Source: Haliotis cracherodii
Taxonomy: Eukaryota
DNA length: 64,000 nucleotides
NCBI RefSeq assembly: GCF_022045235.1
Contig: NW_027266268.1
Coordinates: forward strand, 12,648,001-12,712,000
Direction of reading: 5' to 3'
Positions within the stretch are counted from its first letter, which is position 1; each line of letters opens with the position of its first letter. The translations under genes and the position numbers were made by a program. The notes beneath the pieces were generated by a model. That model was not told the origin of the DNA. It worked only from the letters and a program-made list of their open reading frames with translations, and did no database searches. Shown in pieces: positions 51,419 through 64,000 of this stretch.

Positions 51419-54400
51419 GTACTCGTACTCGTATGTCACAGATTGACAAAACGAAATGTGTTTGAACCAACAGGTGTTTAGTTTATTCCTAGTGTCTGAC
51501 TTCTTACCTGAGGCAAGCCTGGAACTACTGAATCCCGATCAGACAAACCAGTGATTAAAAGCAGAGGTAACATCATCGGGTCACGATGACACGCAATGAA
51601 TCAAGTCGCAGAGCCTGATCACACTGTAAGTGGATTTATCGGCCGTGCATGGAGTACGGGGGCAATGTTGCTCAGTATCCCAACAAGAGTGAGTGAGTAA
51701 GTATGGTTTTGCACCTCTTTTAGCAATAGTTCAGCAATATCACGGAGGGGACAACGAAAATGGGCTTCACACGTACCAACGTGGTTTTTTAACCACAAGG
51801 CTACCCCACCGCTACGAATCCCACCAGGAAAAACTTTTGAAGATTGTGTGAAAAATTAAAAGCTCTCTGTAAGGAATNNNNNNNNNNNNNNNNNNNNNNN
51901 NNNNNNNNNNNNNNNNNNNNNNNNNNNNNNNNNNNNNNNNNNNNNNNNNNNNNNNNNNNNNNNNNNNNNNNNNNNNNNNNNNNNNNNNNNNNNNNNNNNN
52001 NNNNNNNNNNNNNNNNNNNNNNNNNNNNNNNNNNNNNNNNNNNNNNNNNNNNNNNNNNAGTAAGTTATCTCCCTTTAGTTGTACAAGCCATCATTTCATA
52101 GTCTATTTATAGATACAGCACATCACTGTCTTACGTAGGATCAAATACATGTCCGAAATACACAGAAAACCAACAATCTGTACACTGAACACGAACATTT
52201 ACATTATCATCGTCAATTTATCGAATCACTGCGTCCATCTGATCTCAACAGACGAGGAAAGATTCCATATCCCCCTGTGTTTGACAACAGACGTGCCTGG
52301 CGTTCCTGAAACCTCCATGCCGTTACTTATACTGACTCGAGACCACACAAAATACAAACAGAAGGTATTATTGTGTCATTACTTACTCGGTTGATGTAAT
52401 TAACTGCAGGATCTTCTTCTGCCTGTATTACCTGTGTTTTGTGCCCGGAAAACACGCAAGGGGGATCCCCTTTACGCCAGATCACGTGGTGCGTTTACTG
52501 ATCAGCTATTGGCACAAATCTCAAACAATACATGCAGCACACATGTTCAGACGTTTAACCCAACGACAAGCCTTGCAGGGACGTTTATTTTTACTGATTT
52601 AGCGACATGATTCCAAATTGCCACTACCCCAGAATGTTACAAGCGTTGTGCTATTGACAATACCCACCTATATTGCTTTCATATCAGAGTCATTGACTAG
52701 ATGATTGCTTACATGGTTGATTTACTGATATTTGCATAGTTTATTTAACACGCTGAATCCGGCTGAATATTGTCTCGTATATTTGTCAATACTCCGTTTT
52801 TCAATCTGTTGGATATGAGCTAGGTAGCTGACACTAATGCTACATTTATATTCAATTTGTTTTATTTCTGATTAAATGACATAATATACTGATACGTATG
52901 TCTCATTTCCCTAAATGCATACCTTCTGTAACGACTGATTGTTTCACAGTGTGAAACAAATATTTCAAAACATCAAAAGTTTAATATCTGTAAATATCCC
53001 GTAAATCTGACATATGGTGGTGGCCATAGTTCCACAAACAATTCCATCAGTATAAATATCACAAGTTGTGTACAGGATATAGGGAAGTAGTAGCTCAAAC
53101 AAAGCATAGGTTCCAAGTACACAGCGAGGGTGACTTGTCTTCACACCCTGTCGCAATCTCAGCTCTCAATTCACACCGAGATTGTAGCTCGTTGTGCTCA
53201 TGGGTACAAGACTACGTGACAGACACTATTTAAGTCATGGGATCCGCTCATGTCTTCATGGATTCGGAGCAGTAGAAAAACAAAACGTTTACTGACGAAC
53301 ACTTTCCCCAGACTTCAGTTCACCCCGTCCACCCAGACGGACGCAGTATCTGATGAAGGCCACGTATCACTGAGCGACATATTACAGGTCCACCTTCTGT
53401 AATGCACCTTTAACTCCATTGAAGAGAGTATGGCGAAGATATAAAGTTCTCATAACAATCGGCATTTTATCACTCAGGCAGGGGGCCAGAGACAGTTAAT
53501 TTAGACACTTATTGAGGGATATTAGTTAGGTTTTTTTTCCTAAGGACAGTTGGCATAACAACTAAAATATACTTTGGATAAATACGGAATAAATACCAAA
53601 GACACCACAGAACTCAAAGACCGCCCAGTTTCTTTAAAGGATTCTGAGAATAAGGATTTTCAGACTTACTTAACTTGTCTTGTTCTCCTGGATATACCAA
53701 TTGATAGATCGAATGGCATCTTCATGATGGGATTTAATATTACAACACTATTTACATAAACAAGCACAGTTTATAAAAAACATGGACATCTATGTACATT
53801 ATATATACAAGATTGACATCCCGTCTTTTCTCGGTATTTTACATACACTTTTTAATAGGCCAAAGAACATGATATTATTGTTCAATGGGCCAGTGAACAG
53901 TTTAATGTATTGTTACAGCTTTGCATGTACAGAGTGTGTAAGGTTTTACACAACTTCCTCAGTAGTCCAACAATATCACAGAAGAGACACCAAGAAGGGG
54001 TGTCCTACATTGTGCACATGTACCAGGACGTTATTTATTCAACCATAAATGCACCCAGTTGTCTTCTATGTTGGATACTGGATATTAGATTCATTCTTGT
54101 ATTCACCCATGTACAGCTCCAACAAGTTCTACACTGTATGTCACCCATGTACAGTTCCACCAAGTTCTATATTTTATGTCATCAATGTACAGTTCCAGCA
54201 AGTTCTACACTTTATGTCATCCATGTACAGTTGCAGCAAGGTCCATATTTTATGTCATCCATGTACAGTTCCAGAGTGTTCTATAGTTTATGTCATCCTT
54301 GTACAGTTCCAGCAAGTTCTACACTTTATGTCATCCATGTACAGTTCCAGCAAGTTCTACACTTTATGTCATCAATGTACAGTTCCAGCAAGTTCTATAT

Positions 54401-54769
54401 TTTATGTCATCAATGTACAGTTCCAGAAAGTTCTACACTTTATGTCATCCATGTACAGTTGCAGCAAGGTCCATATTTTATGTCATCCATGTACAGTTCC
54501 AGAGTGTTCTATAGTTTATGTCATCCTTGTACAGTTCCAGCAAGTTCTACACTTTATGTCATCCATGTACAGTTCCAGCAAGTTCTACACTTTATGTCAT
54601 CAATGTACAGTTCCAGCAAGTTCTATATTTTATGTCATCAATGTACAGTTCCAGAAAGTTCTACACTGTATGTCATCTATGTACGCGTACACAAGCATAC
54701 ACACATACACATTCATGCAAGCACACACACTACCAGTTTCCCCATCCCTCCAGTCCCAGGATTTCTCTA

Positions 54770-57700
54770 CTAGAGCTCATCATGTGAAACGTTCTCTGTG
54801 TTGTCTGGTATGATATGTTTTCTTCTCACAGCCTTCGCGTTCGTCCATTTGTCCTCGGCGCTGAGTTCAGCTTCCGTCTTCTCAATCATCTCCTTGTCCT
54901 CTTCAGCAAAGTCTTCAGCATCTTGTATCATTTTCTCAATATATTCAAGGGAAAGTCTGTCTCCGTCACTGTATGTAATCACCATGTTGTTCTTGTTTCC
55001 AGTTCCTAAGTCCTCAGCCGTTACGTACACAATGCCATTCACGTCGATTTCAAAGGTTATATTAATCTGTGGAAGCCCACTTCTCGCAGGGCGGATTCCT
55101 GTTAAGTCAAATTGTCCCAGGAAATGGCTGTTCTTTGTCATCGTCCTCTCGCCTTCATAGACACGAATTGTCACCTCCTCTTGGTCGTGTTGTGTTGTTG
55201 TGAACTGCTGTGTCCTCCTGGTGGGGATCATTGTGTTGCGAGGGATGACCTTTGCCATGACGCCTCCGATGGTCTCAATGCCGAGACTCAAGGGACTGAA
55301 GTCGCCGCACAAAATGATCTCACTCTCGCCATTCCCAGCCAGCACTCCTCCCTGAACAGCTGCTCCGTACGCGACAACCTCTTCTGGGTTGATGCCCCTC
55401 ATTGGTTCCTGGAATACAACAGTTACAAAGTAAAGGTCCCCATTATAACGACAGATGACTTAGGTCACACTCTTAATCGACCTGCAGGTACATTCATGTA
55501 GGTCACACCAATAATCAAAGCGGATGTGCATATAGGTTCCAATCAATGTAGCTCACATCTTCAGTCGACCTACAGGTGTATAAAGTTCCATATAAACCAC
55601 ACACTTAATCATTCCCGCAGGTACATATATGTAGGCCACCACCCGAAACCGTCTCGGGAACATGATGAATACTTCACGTCTTCAGATGATGTCTGTCGAT
55701 AGGCCAAACATGTCTCCTATAAACAGTATTTCGACAATAGATGACTACGGCTACACCCTTAATCAAGCCCCAGGTAAACATAGGTTCTATGCAGACCCTG
55801 CAGTTACATAATAACGGATATATCAATAGTACCTGTAATGGATATATCAACAATGCCCATTACGGATAGGTCATCAGTACATATAACGGATATGTCATCA
55901 GTACTTATAACGGATATGTCATCAGTACATATAACGGATATGTCACCAGAACAAATAATATATATGTCGACAGTGTATGTAACGGATACTGGTATGCCAT
56001 CAGTAAACAACGGAGTACACATAACTGATTGGTCAACAGTGCATGTAACGGATACGTCACCAGTACACATAACGGATATGTCAAATGTATATGTAACGAA
56101 TATGTAAACAGTACATGATACGGTATGGTCAACAGTTCACATAACGGTTATGTCAACAGTACACATAACGGATATATCAACAGTACACATAACGGATATA
56201 TCAACAGTACACATAACGGATATGTCAACAGTACACATAAGGGATATGTGTTATAACCTTTAATCCTGTTGTACTATGTAATCCTTTTCAGATCATAAAG
56301 ATCATTCAGTGATCGAGTTGTTCTCGATCCTCTACCTTTCATGTTAGTGATTGGAATCCATGGTAGTCAGCCAGGGTACGGTCAGGTGAGACGTCTTTGA
56401 ACTGACCATGAGCTTCAAGTATCAACCCCACACTGCTGTGCAGGCTCCACCTGAACACCAGATGCCCGTGTCTCATCACCTACCCAGTACCTGAATATCG
56501 GTAGTCAGTCAGGGTGTCATAGTGTGAGACTTCTTGGAATTGACCATGAGCTTCAAGTATTTACTCTATCAACTCCACTCTGCTGTGAAGGCCCCTACCT
56601 GAACACCAGATACCCGTGTCTCATCACCTACCCAGTACCCGAACCTGAGGAGCGTACAGCTAAAAAAGCCTGTTCTGGCAAAGTCAGTATATATGAATTT
56701 TACATTTAACAATACTGTATATTTTAGTTGATTGAATTTAATTGACAATTAACAGGTTGTTATATTTCCGAGATCAAGTTGCACTTACCTTCCTGTCAAA
56801 GAACTCCTTTACAAGTTGCTGAATCTTGGGTATCTCAGTTGATTCTCCGACCATTATGATTTCATGGATGTCCGTCCTGTTCAAACTTGCCTCATTCAAA
56901 GCGAGCTGCATGTAACTTAAAGTTGATTCAAACAAGTCCTGACAAAAGAAAAAGGTTACAGTAATAGAACGCTTATGATATGACAATGCAGCATCATTTA
57001 AGACTTGGGTTAACATCTTAGTTCTTGGGAATTAACTTTGCCCTCAGTTATTGAAGGTTCATGATTTATATTTATAAAATGTGTATATGTACTGTGTTAA
57101 GTTCCTCCAGCTTGGCTCTCGTGAGGACTTCAGAGAAATCATGGCCGCCCATGAGAGACTCGATCTCCACCCGGGTCTGATGCTGGGAGGACAGGGCTCT
57201 CTTCGCCTTCTCCACCTCACGACGCAGTTTCTTGATGGCCCCACTGTCCCCCCGTAGGTCCTGACTCGTCCTCTTCTTGTATTGTTTGATAAAGAACTCT
57301 ATTACTCTCTGGTCGATGTCTTGACCACCTACAAGAGAATGCATGGACTTTCAAAGAGATTAAATGATATAAATAAAATACGACAATATAGTGGGTTTTT
57401 TCAAATGTTGTGTTATTAATTGATTGAATAATATGTGACTGTTGATTCCGTTGAAGAATAAATTTACAGCTGTTTTCACTCACACAGAAATCGTATTAGT
57501 AATTAACTGGAGCTGAATGTTATGTCAAGTATGTTCAGTGTATTTGCAAACATTCCTCGGAAAAAAGAAAGAACAATATCTCCAGAACCAGCACATGAAG
57601 AACATTTGATCGATACAACAGCATGTATGAATGTAACGGGCACTCGTTATGTGGTAGGTATCTGGTAAATTCGATCTGACTTCAACTGACTTCAGAAAAG

Positions 57701-60700
57701 TCGTAGTTTCTCAAAGTTTGTTTTTACAGAGAAATATACCTTGATGTGTGTCTCCGTTCACTTTCTGTATACAAGGCATCACTAGACAAGTGGTGCAACA
57801 GTAGGATGAGATTTAGATATACAACTTACCTAGATGTGTGTCTCCGTTCACTTCATGAATACATGGTAAACCCGCAGTGAAAACAGTAGGATGAGGTCAT
57901 AGGTGACCCACATGTCCACATCTACACTGTCCACATGCTTACCTAGATGTGTGTCTCCGTTAGTGGCCACAACTTCAAACACGCCGTAGTCGGTGTTGAC
58001 GATTGATACGTCAAACGTCCCCACTCCCAAGTCAAACACAAGGATATTCTTTTCACCGTCTGACTTGTCAAGGCCGTACGCTACTGAGGCAGCAATTCTA
58101 CAAAATACAGGTTATGTTACCACCACCATCATCAATCATCATCCATCATCATCCATCCATCTAACCAACCATCCATCCATCCTAATTGTATCCTTGAACC
58201 AAATGTGTGACCTTGCGTTTTTTGGTCAAATATTGTATAAAGTGTGTTTTATTGTTGTGTTTATTGTTGTGACACTCGAGAGAAGACTTTGAGTGATTTG
58301 AGGATCAACGATACTTTCACAAGTAACCGCAGCACCTCATAGTGGCCAATCTGCAGTCTTATAGAAGGAAGTAATTACGTCTAAACATGAGGGGGAATTA
58401 ACTTTAGACGACGGTGCCTTGCATCTTTTAAAATTAATGACCTGGCAGGGTTCGCACAAAAGAGAGGTGGGTTTAAATGGGTGTACCGTCGCGTTCGAGA
58501 TTATTGCACTTATATAGCGACGTGCATTCCCAGCCGACCATTCCCTTAATGCACCAAGCAAGGTCCACAGAAAGGGATCTACCAAGGGTCGAGTCAGTAT
58601 ATGATATGCAGTTAAATGTGTGCATTTCGATATAACAATACTTGCAAAACCAACAGTTGGTTGTAAAGAATAGGCGACATCAAGACACAAACGGTTCATT
58701 GATTAGACGTAGAATGTTCAGCCCAGCGATGGTACCGGCATCTTTGGTTGCCATCCTCTGGGCGTCATTGAAGTAGGCGGGGACGGTGACAACAGCATTG
58801 GTGACGTTCTGGGTCAGGTACGTCTCTGCTATCTCCTTCATCTTCGACAACATCATCGCCGAGATCTCCTCCGGAGCGAACACCTTGTCCTCTGACCCAA
58901 CTTTAACTTGGATGTGGGGTTTGTTGTCCTCGTTTATTACCTGATTAATAAACATGTTGATAATTGTCTTTTAGCCAAACGTTAACCGGATTTCCTTCTT
59001 CTTTCCTGACAAATATACACTCTACAAAACGCCTTTTTAGTGCTTGTATTTGCTTGAAAAATCCCCCAACCGAATTAGTAACCATCTGTGAAGATTAAAC
59101 TGGCTAATGTATGAGCGAATATGGGACACCCGAAAATCTTTTGATGCTTAAAGTAATATTGACACTGCCCTTTATAGAAGTTGTTGTTGTTGTTTGTTGT
59201 TTAATATTCTAGCAATATTCCAGCTAATTGACGGTGGTCTCTAAATAATCGAGTCTGGACCAGACAATCCAGTGATTCACATCATGAGCATCGATCCACG
59301 CAATTGGGATACGAAGTCAGCGAGCCTGACCACCCGATCCCGTTAGTCACCTCTTACGACAAGCAAAGCCGCATTTTACGTCATGCATGGTTTGCTGAAG
59401 ACCTATCCTACCCTGGATCTTCACGTTTCTTTTACAGATTAATAAACAACTGAGAAGTGCCAGATTAATACACAAATGTTAGTGTAAATACCGCTCACCT
59501 TGAAAGGATATCGTTGTAGTTCCCGCTGCACGGAAGGGTCATCCCAGGTGCGGCCAATCAGACGCTTGACGTCAAAGACGGTGTTCTCTGGGTTGGTGGT
59601 CAGTTGGTTCCTGGCTGCGTGTCCGATCAGGGTCTCCCCATCCGGAGTGAATGCCACAAAGGAGGGGGTGATCCTGTTCCCTTGTTCATCGGGGATGATC
59701 TCAACATTGTCATTTCGGAACACGCCAACACTGAAACATTACACAACGACAAATGCATATGTTTTTCATTTCCAGTTATAATGATTCCTCATAGATCCAT
59801 GGCATACTGAGAGGGGGAACCAGCTGAACCGTGGAGACACGAAGGTGTGCCAGAACGCTTTATGGCCGAGGATTTAATTCCAAGTTTGACCCCGATCATA
59901 ATTCTATGGTTTGTCTGCACTATATCGGTATGCTGTGTGTTTACTACGGTTGGTATAGGTATTTTTTGTACTCACGAGGTGAAGGTCGTCCCAAGACATG
60001 GTGTTTACTAGAGTTAGTATAGGTTTTTGTATACTCACCAGGTGAAGATTTGTTCCAATACATGGTGTTTAATACAGTTGGTATTAGTATGTGTGTACTC
60101 ACCAGGTGAAGATTGTTCGAAGACATGGTGTTTACTACAGTTGCTATAGTTATTTGTGTACTCACCAGGGGAAGCTTGTTCCAAGACATGGTTTTTTATA
60201 CAGTTGGTATTGGTATTTGTATATTCACCAGGAGAAGGTTGTTCCCAGACTTTGTGTATACTACAGTTGGTATTTGTATTTGTGTACTCACCAGGTGAAG
60301 GTTGTTCCAAGACATGGTGTGTACTGCAGTTGATATATGTATATGTGTACTCACCAGGTGAAGGTTGTTCTAAGACATGGTGTGTACTACAGTTGATATA
60401 TGTATATGTGTACTCACCAGCAGGTGAAGGTTGTTCCCAGACATGGTGTGTACTACAGTTGATATATGTATATGTGTACTCACCAGGTGAAGGTTGTTCC
60501 AAGACATGGTGTGTACTACAGTTGATATATGTATATGTGTACTCACCAGGTGAAGGTTGTTCCAAGACATGGTGTGTACTACAGTTGATATATGTATATG
60601 TGTACTCACCAGCAGGTGAAGGTTGTTCCCAGACATGGTGTGTACTACAGTTGATATAGGTATCTGTGTACTCAACAAATGAAGATTGTTCTAAGACATG

Positions 60701-61760
60701 GTGTGTAATACAGTTGGTATAGGTATTTGTGTACTCACCAGGTGAAGGTTGTTCCCAGACTTTGTGTGTACTACAGTTGGTATAGGTATTTGTATATTCA
60801 CCAGGAGAAGGTTGTTCCCAGACTTTGTGTATACTACAGTTGGTATAGGTATTTGTGTACTCACCAGGGGAAGATTTGTTCCAAGACATGGTGTATACTA
60901 CAGTTGGTATATGTATATGTGTACTCACCAGATGAAGGTTGTTCCCAGACTTTGTGTATACTACAGTTGATATATGTATATGTGTACTCACCAGGTGAAG
61001 GTTGTTCTAAGACATGGTGTGTACTACAGTTGATATATGTATATGTGTACTCACCAGGTGAAGGTTGTTCCAAGACATGGTGTGTACTACAGTTGATATA
61101 TGTATCTGTATACTCATCAGGTGAAGGTTGTTCCAAGACATGGTGTGTACTACAGTTGATATATGTATCTGTATACTCATCAGGTGAAGGTTGTTCCAAG
61201 ACATGGTGTGTACTACAGTTGATATATGTATATGTGTACTCACCAGCAGGTGAAGGTTGTTCCCAGACATGGTGCGTACTACAGTTGGTATAGGTATCTG
61301 TGTACTCACCAGTTGAAGGTTGTTCCAAGACATGGTGTGTACTACAGTTGATATATGTATATGTGTACTCACCAGTTGAAGGTTGTTCCCAGACATGGTG
61401 CGTACTACAGTTGGTATAGGTATCTGTGTACTCACCAGGTGAAGGTTGTTCCCAGACTTTGTGTGTACTACAGTTGGTATAGGTATTTGTATACTCACCA
61501 GGTGAAGGTTGTTCCCAGACATGGTGTGTACTTCAGTTGGTATAGGTATATTTGTATACTCACCAGGTGAAGGTTGTTCCCAGACATGGTGTGTACTACA
61601 GTTGGTATAGGTGTTTGTGTACTCACCAGGTGAAGGTTGTTCCCAGGTCTATTCCAATAACAGGTTCGAGATCTTCAACATCCGGGGGAGTCGTGCAGGC
61701 TTGCACGTGCCAACATGTTGTCAATAGCAACAGCCCTACACATGTGGGTATTGTACGCAT
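54770..61760 (-). CDS. Divergent ER HSP70 (BiP/GRP78/HSPA5-like), copy B; coding exons 61760-61627, 59730-59499, 58940-58693, 58097-57943, 57328-57093, 56938-56789, 55408-54770
   Basis: Same exon structure and motifs as copy A, with an open frame ending in HDEL*. Confidence 0.92.
59970..61645. repeat. 63-bp splice-junction tandem array (~26 units), copy B
   Basis: Same unit as 19925-21912 but ~310 bp shorter. Confidence 0.93.
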
Positions 61761-64000
61761 GTTGTTGTGTCTGTTTAGCTGTCGGAAATAATCGGACTGG
61801 GATAAAGAAACTCCGCCGTGTGACACCCGAGTGTAAACCAAACCAGTGGTCAGTACTTGTATTCTGTAAAAGACAACAAGTGACGATTGATACGAGAGCA
61901 GGCTATATGCAAATCCGCTTGATATCTAAGCATGACATTCCGGCACCACTGCTACTACCACCTCCATAACTACTACCACTACTACTACTACTCCTCCTCC
62001 TACTACTACCACTTCTACTACCATCATCACAACTACTACCACTACTACTACCGCTGCTGCTGCTCCGCCTCCCCTACTACCACTACCACTGCTACTACAA
62101 CCACTACTACTACTACCGCTGCTGCTACTATTCCTACTACCACTGCTACTCCGCCTCTTGATACTACTACTACTTCCACTGCTACTAATGATACTACTAC
62201 CTCTGCTGTTGCTGCTGCTGTTACTACTACCAGTACTACTACCACTGCTACTATTGTAACTGTTACTACTACTACTACTATTACTACTAATGCTCCTACT
62301 CCTTATAGGGGTACTACTACTGTGACTACTTCTTCTTCTAGTTCTACTACTCCTACTCCGACCGCTACTACTACTACCGCTGCTGCTGCTGCTACTGGTA
62401 CTACTCCTACTACTGCTACTACTGTTATAACTGCTGCTACTACTACTCCTACTACTACAACTCCTACTACTAGTGCTACTACTGTTATCACTGCTACTAC
62501 TACTCATACTTCTGCTACTACTACTAATACTGCTACGCATTCTACTTATACTACTACTATTACTAATATTGCTACTACTACTACTACAACTACTGCTACT
62601 ACTACTGCTACCTCTTGTCACTAGCACCACTACCACAAATACTTACTCAACTATAACTACTACTAATATTACTACTTCTACTACTTCAAACTACTCCTGC
62701 CACTACTACTACTATTACTGTTCCCACTGATGCTGATGCTATTACCAGTCATTACAAGTACGACTTATATTATTATTACATTTCACTTATCTCTGCTGTT
62801 CTTGTTACTGTTGCTATAGTTACTACACGTATTAAGACTTATGTAAGAGGCGGCAAAATGGATTAGGCAGCCAGTCTCGGTCACTTGGTATATTGCGACT
62901 CATCGTACCCGACGGCGTGGCACTTTGCTCAGAATATCAACCACTGGTACGTCTAGCTGATACACCTGAATTGGTGTACGTGTGACTACTATCACTACTG
63001 CTACAACCGCTTCTATTGTTGCAATACGACCAAAACTCAATAATAACTACGTTTCAATATTGTTTTTCTATCAAATTGTGTATTTTGATTAATCTATCAA
63101 ACAATATTGTGACATTTGTTACTCTATACAAAAACATTGTTTCGTTTCGGATACGATCCCTCTTTCGATCAAGGCTCGGAAAACATTGACCAATCAAACA
63201 TCAAGTTAAAATTAGCTCACGTACCTGTGTTGTCAATGAAATACGTCTGAAGGCTGTTATCGTTCCTGGCTACGGATTGTGTCATTTTCCCAACATCTTT
63301 GTTGTCACATGGAGAGTACAGAGAGACCATTACAAACATGTTACCATGGTGTTTTATAGAGCTGTATTCGCGAGAGTAGAGAGACAGGGAACCATCATAT
63401 CAGCCAGCATAGATATAACCCGCCGCCATCGGCGTGGCCTATATCGACTGGGTAGCGATACCGGATTCATACTCTCTGATTGGCTGGCGATATCCTACTG
63501 TATAATGATGAAACGTAAGCGGTTGACGGTGTTTTGTCGTCGTAATCTGGTGAAATAACTTTACAAATGATGAAATGTACGAAGTCAGTGTGGGTTCGTA
63601 GCCTGTACCAGCTTCCGCCACGGCATGGTGTACGACAAGCGACAATCGTACACCTCATGTTGAAGCACGGTGGATATTGTGTTGTCTGCTACGTCCAATG
63701 AATGAATGCGTGAATGTATGAAAGAATGAATGAATGCGTGAATGTACAAAATAATGGATGAATGCGTGAATGAATAAATGAATGCGTGAGTGAATGAACG
63801 AACGAAGGAATATATAATTCACAAAGTTCAGATACTCCACATACCAGAGCCTATGCTGTCAAAGAGCGTCAAAAGAAAGCAATTTCTTACAACCCGACAT
63901 CTTTCACTGATTGTAAACTCACAAACATTGTTTTGAGATACGCAGATTTCTTAAAAAATCGGTTCCCTGTGGGATGTTAGGTTTTTCCAAATTATCTGTG

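Larger units (their letters stand above)
43481..64000 (+). repeat. Segmental duplication, copy B (runs off the window end)
   Basis: Colinear with 4164-24277; the window end TTTCCAAATTATCTGTG equals 24261-24277. Confidence 0.95.

Overview
Eukaryotic (invertebrate, probably molluscan/abalone-like; inferred from repeat content) genomic DNA with spliceosomal genes, SINEs and satellites. (1) Positions 1-4072 hold a composite-like DNA transposon matching the described KolobokP group. It carries a minus-strand DDD/E transposase and a convergent His-Me finger (His-Cys box, I-PpoI-like) nuclease, bracketed by ~450-bp long terminal direct repeats that each end in short inverted repeats; only the last 9-10 nt of the left repeat are in the window. 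(2) A >=20-kb segment occurs twice, ~39-40 kb apart (~4164-24277 and ~43481-64000). Each copy has a 7-coding-exon, signal-peptide/HDEL BiP (HSPA5)-like HSP70 with degenerate ATPase motifs and a shortened lid. Each copy also has the first coding exon of an unannotated gene with a RHIM-like motif. In copy B that gene splices in phase into a ~200-aa RHIM + PH-like protein (43893->39256), preceded by repeated CCAAT/E-box/NF-kB-site/splice-donor modules. (3) Between the copies lie a 47-bp satellite with a 2421-bp higher-order repeat, a decayed Tc1/mariner element and two exons of a DEG/ENaC-like channel, apparently frameshifted. The first coding intron of each BiP-like gene is mostly a 63-bp tandem amplification of its own exon/intron junction. 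All calls come from reading the sequence by eye; no searches were run.
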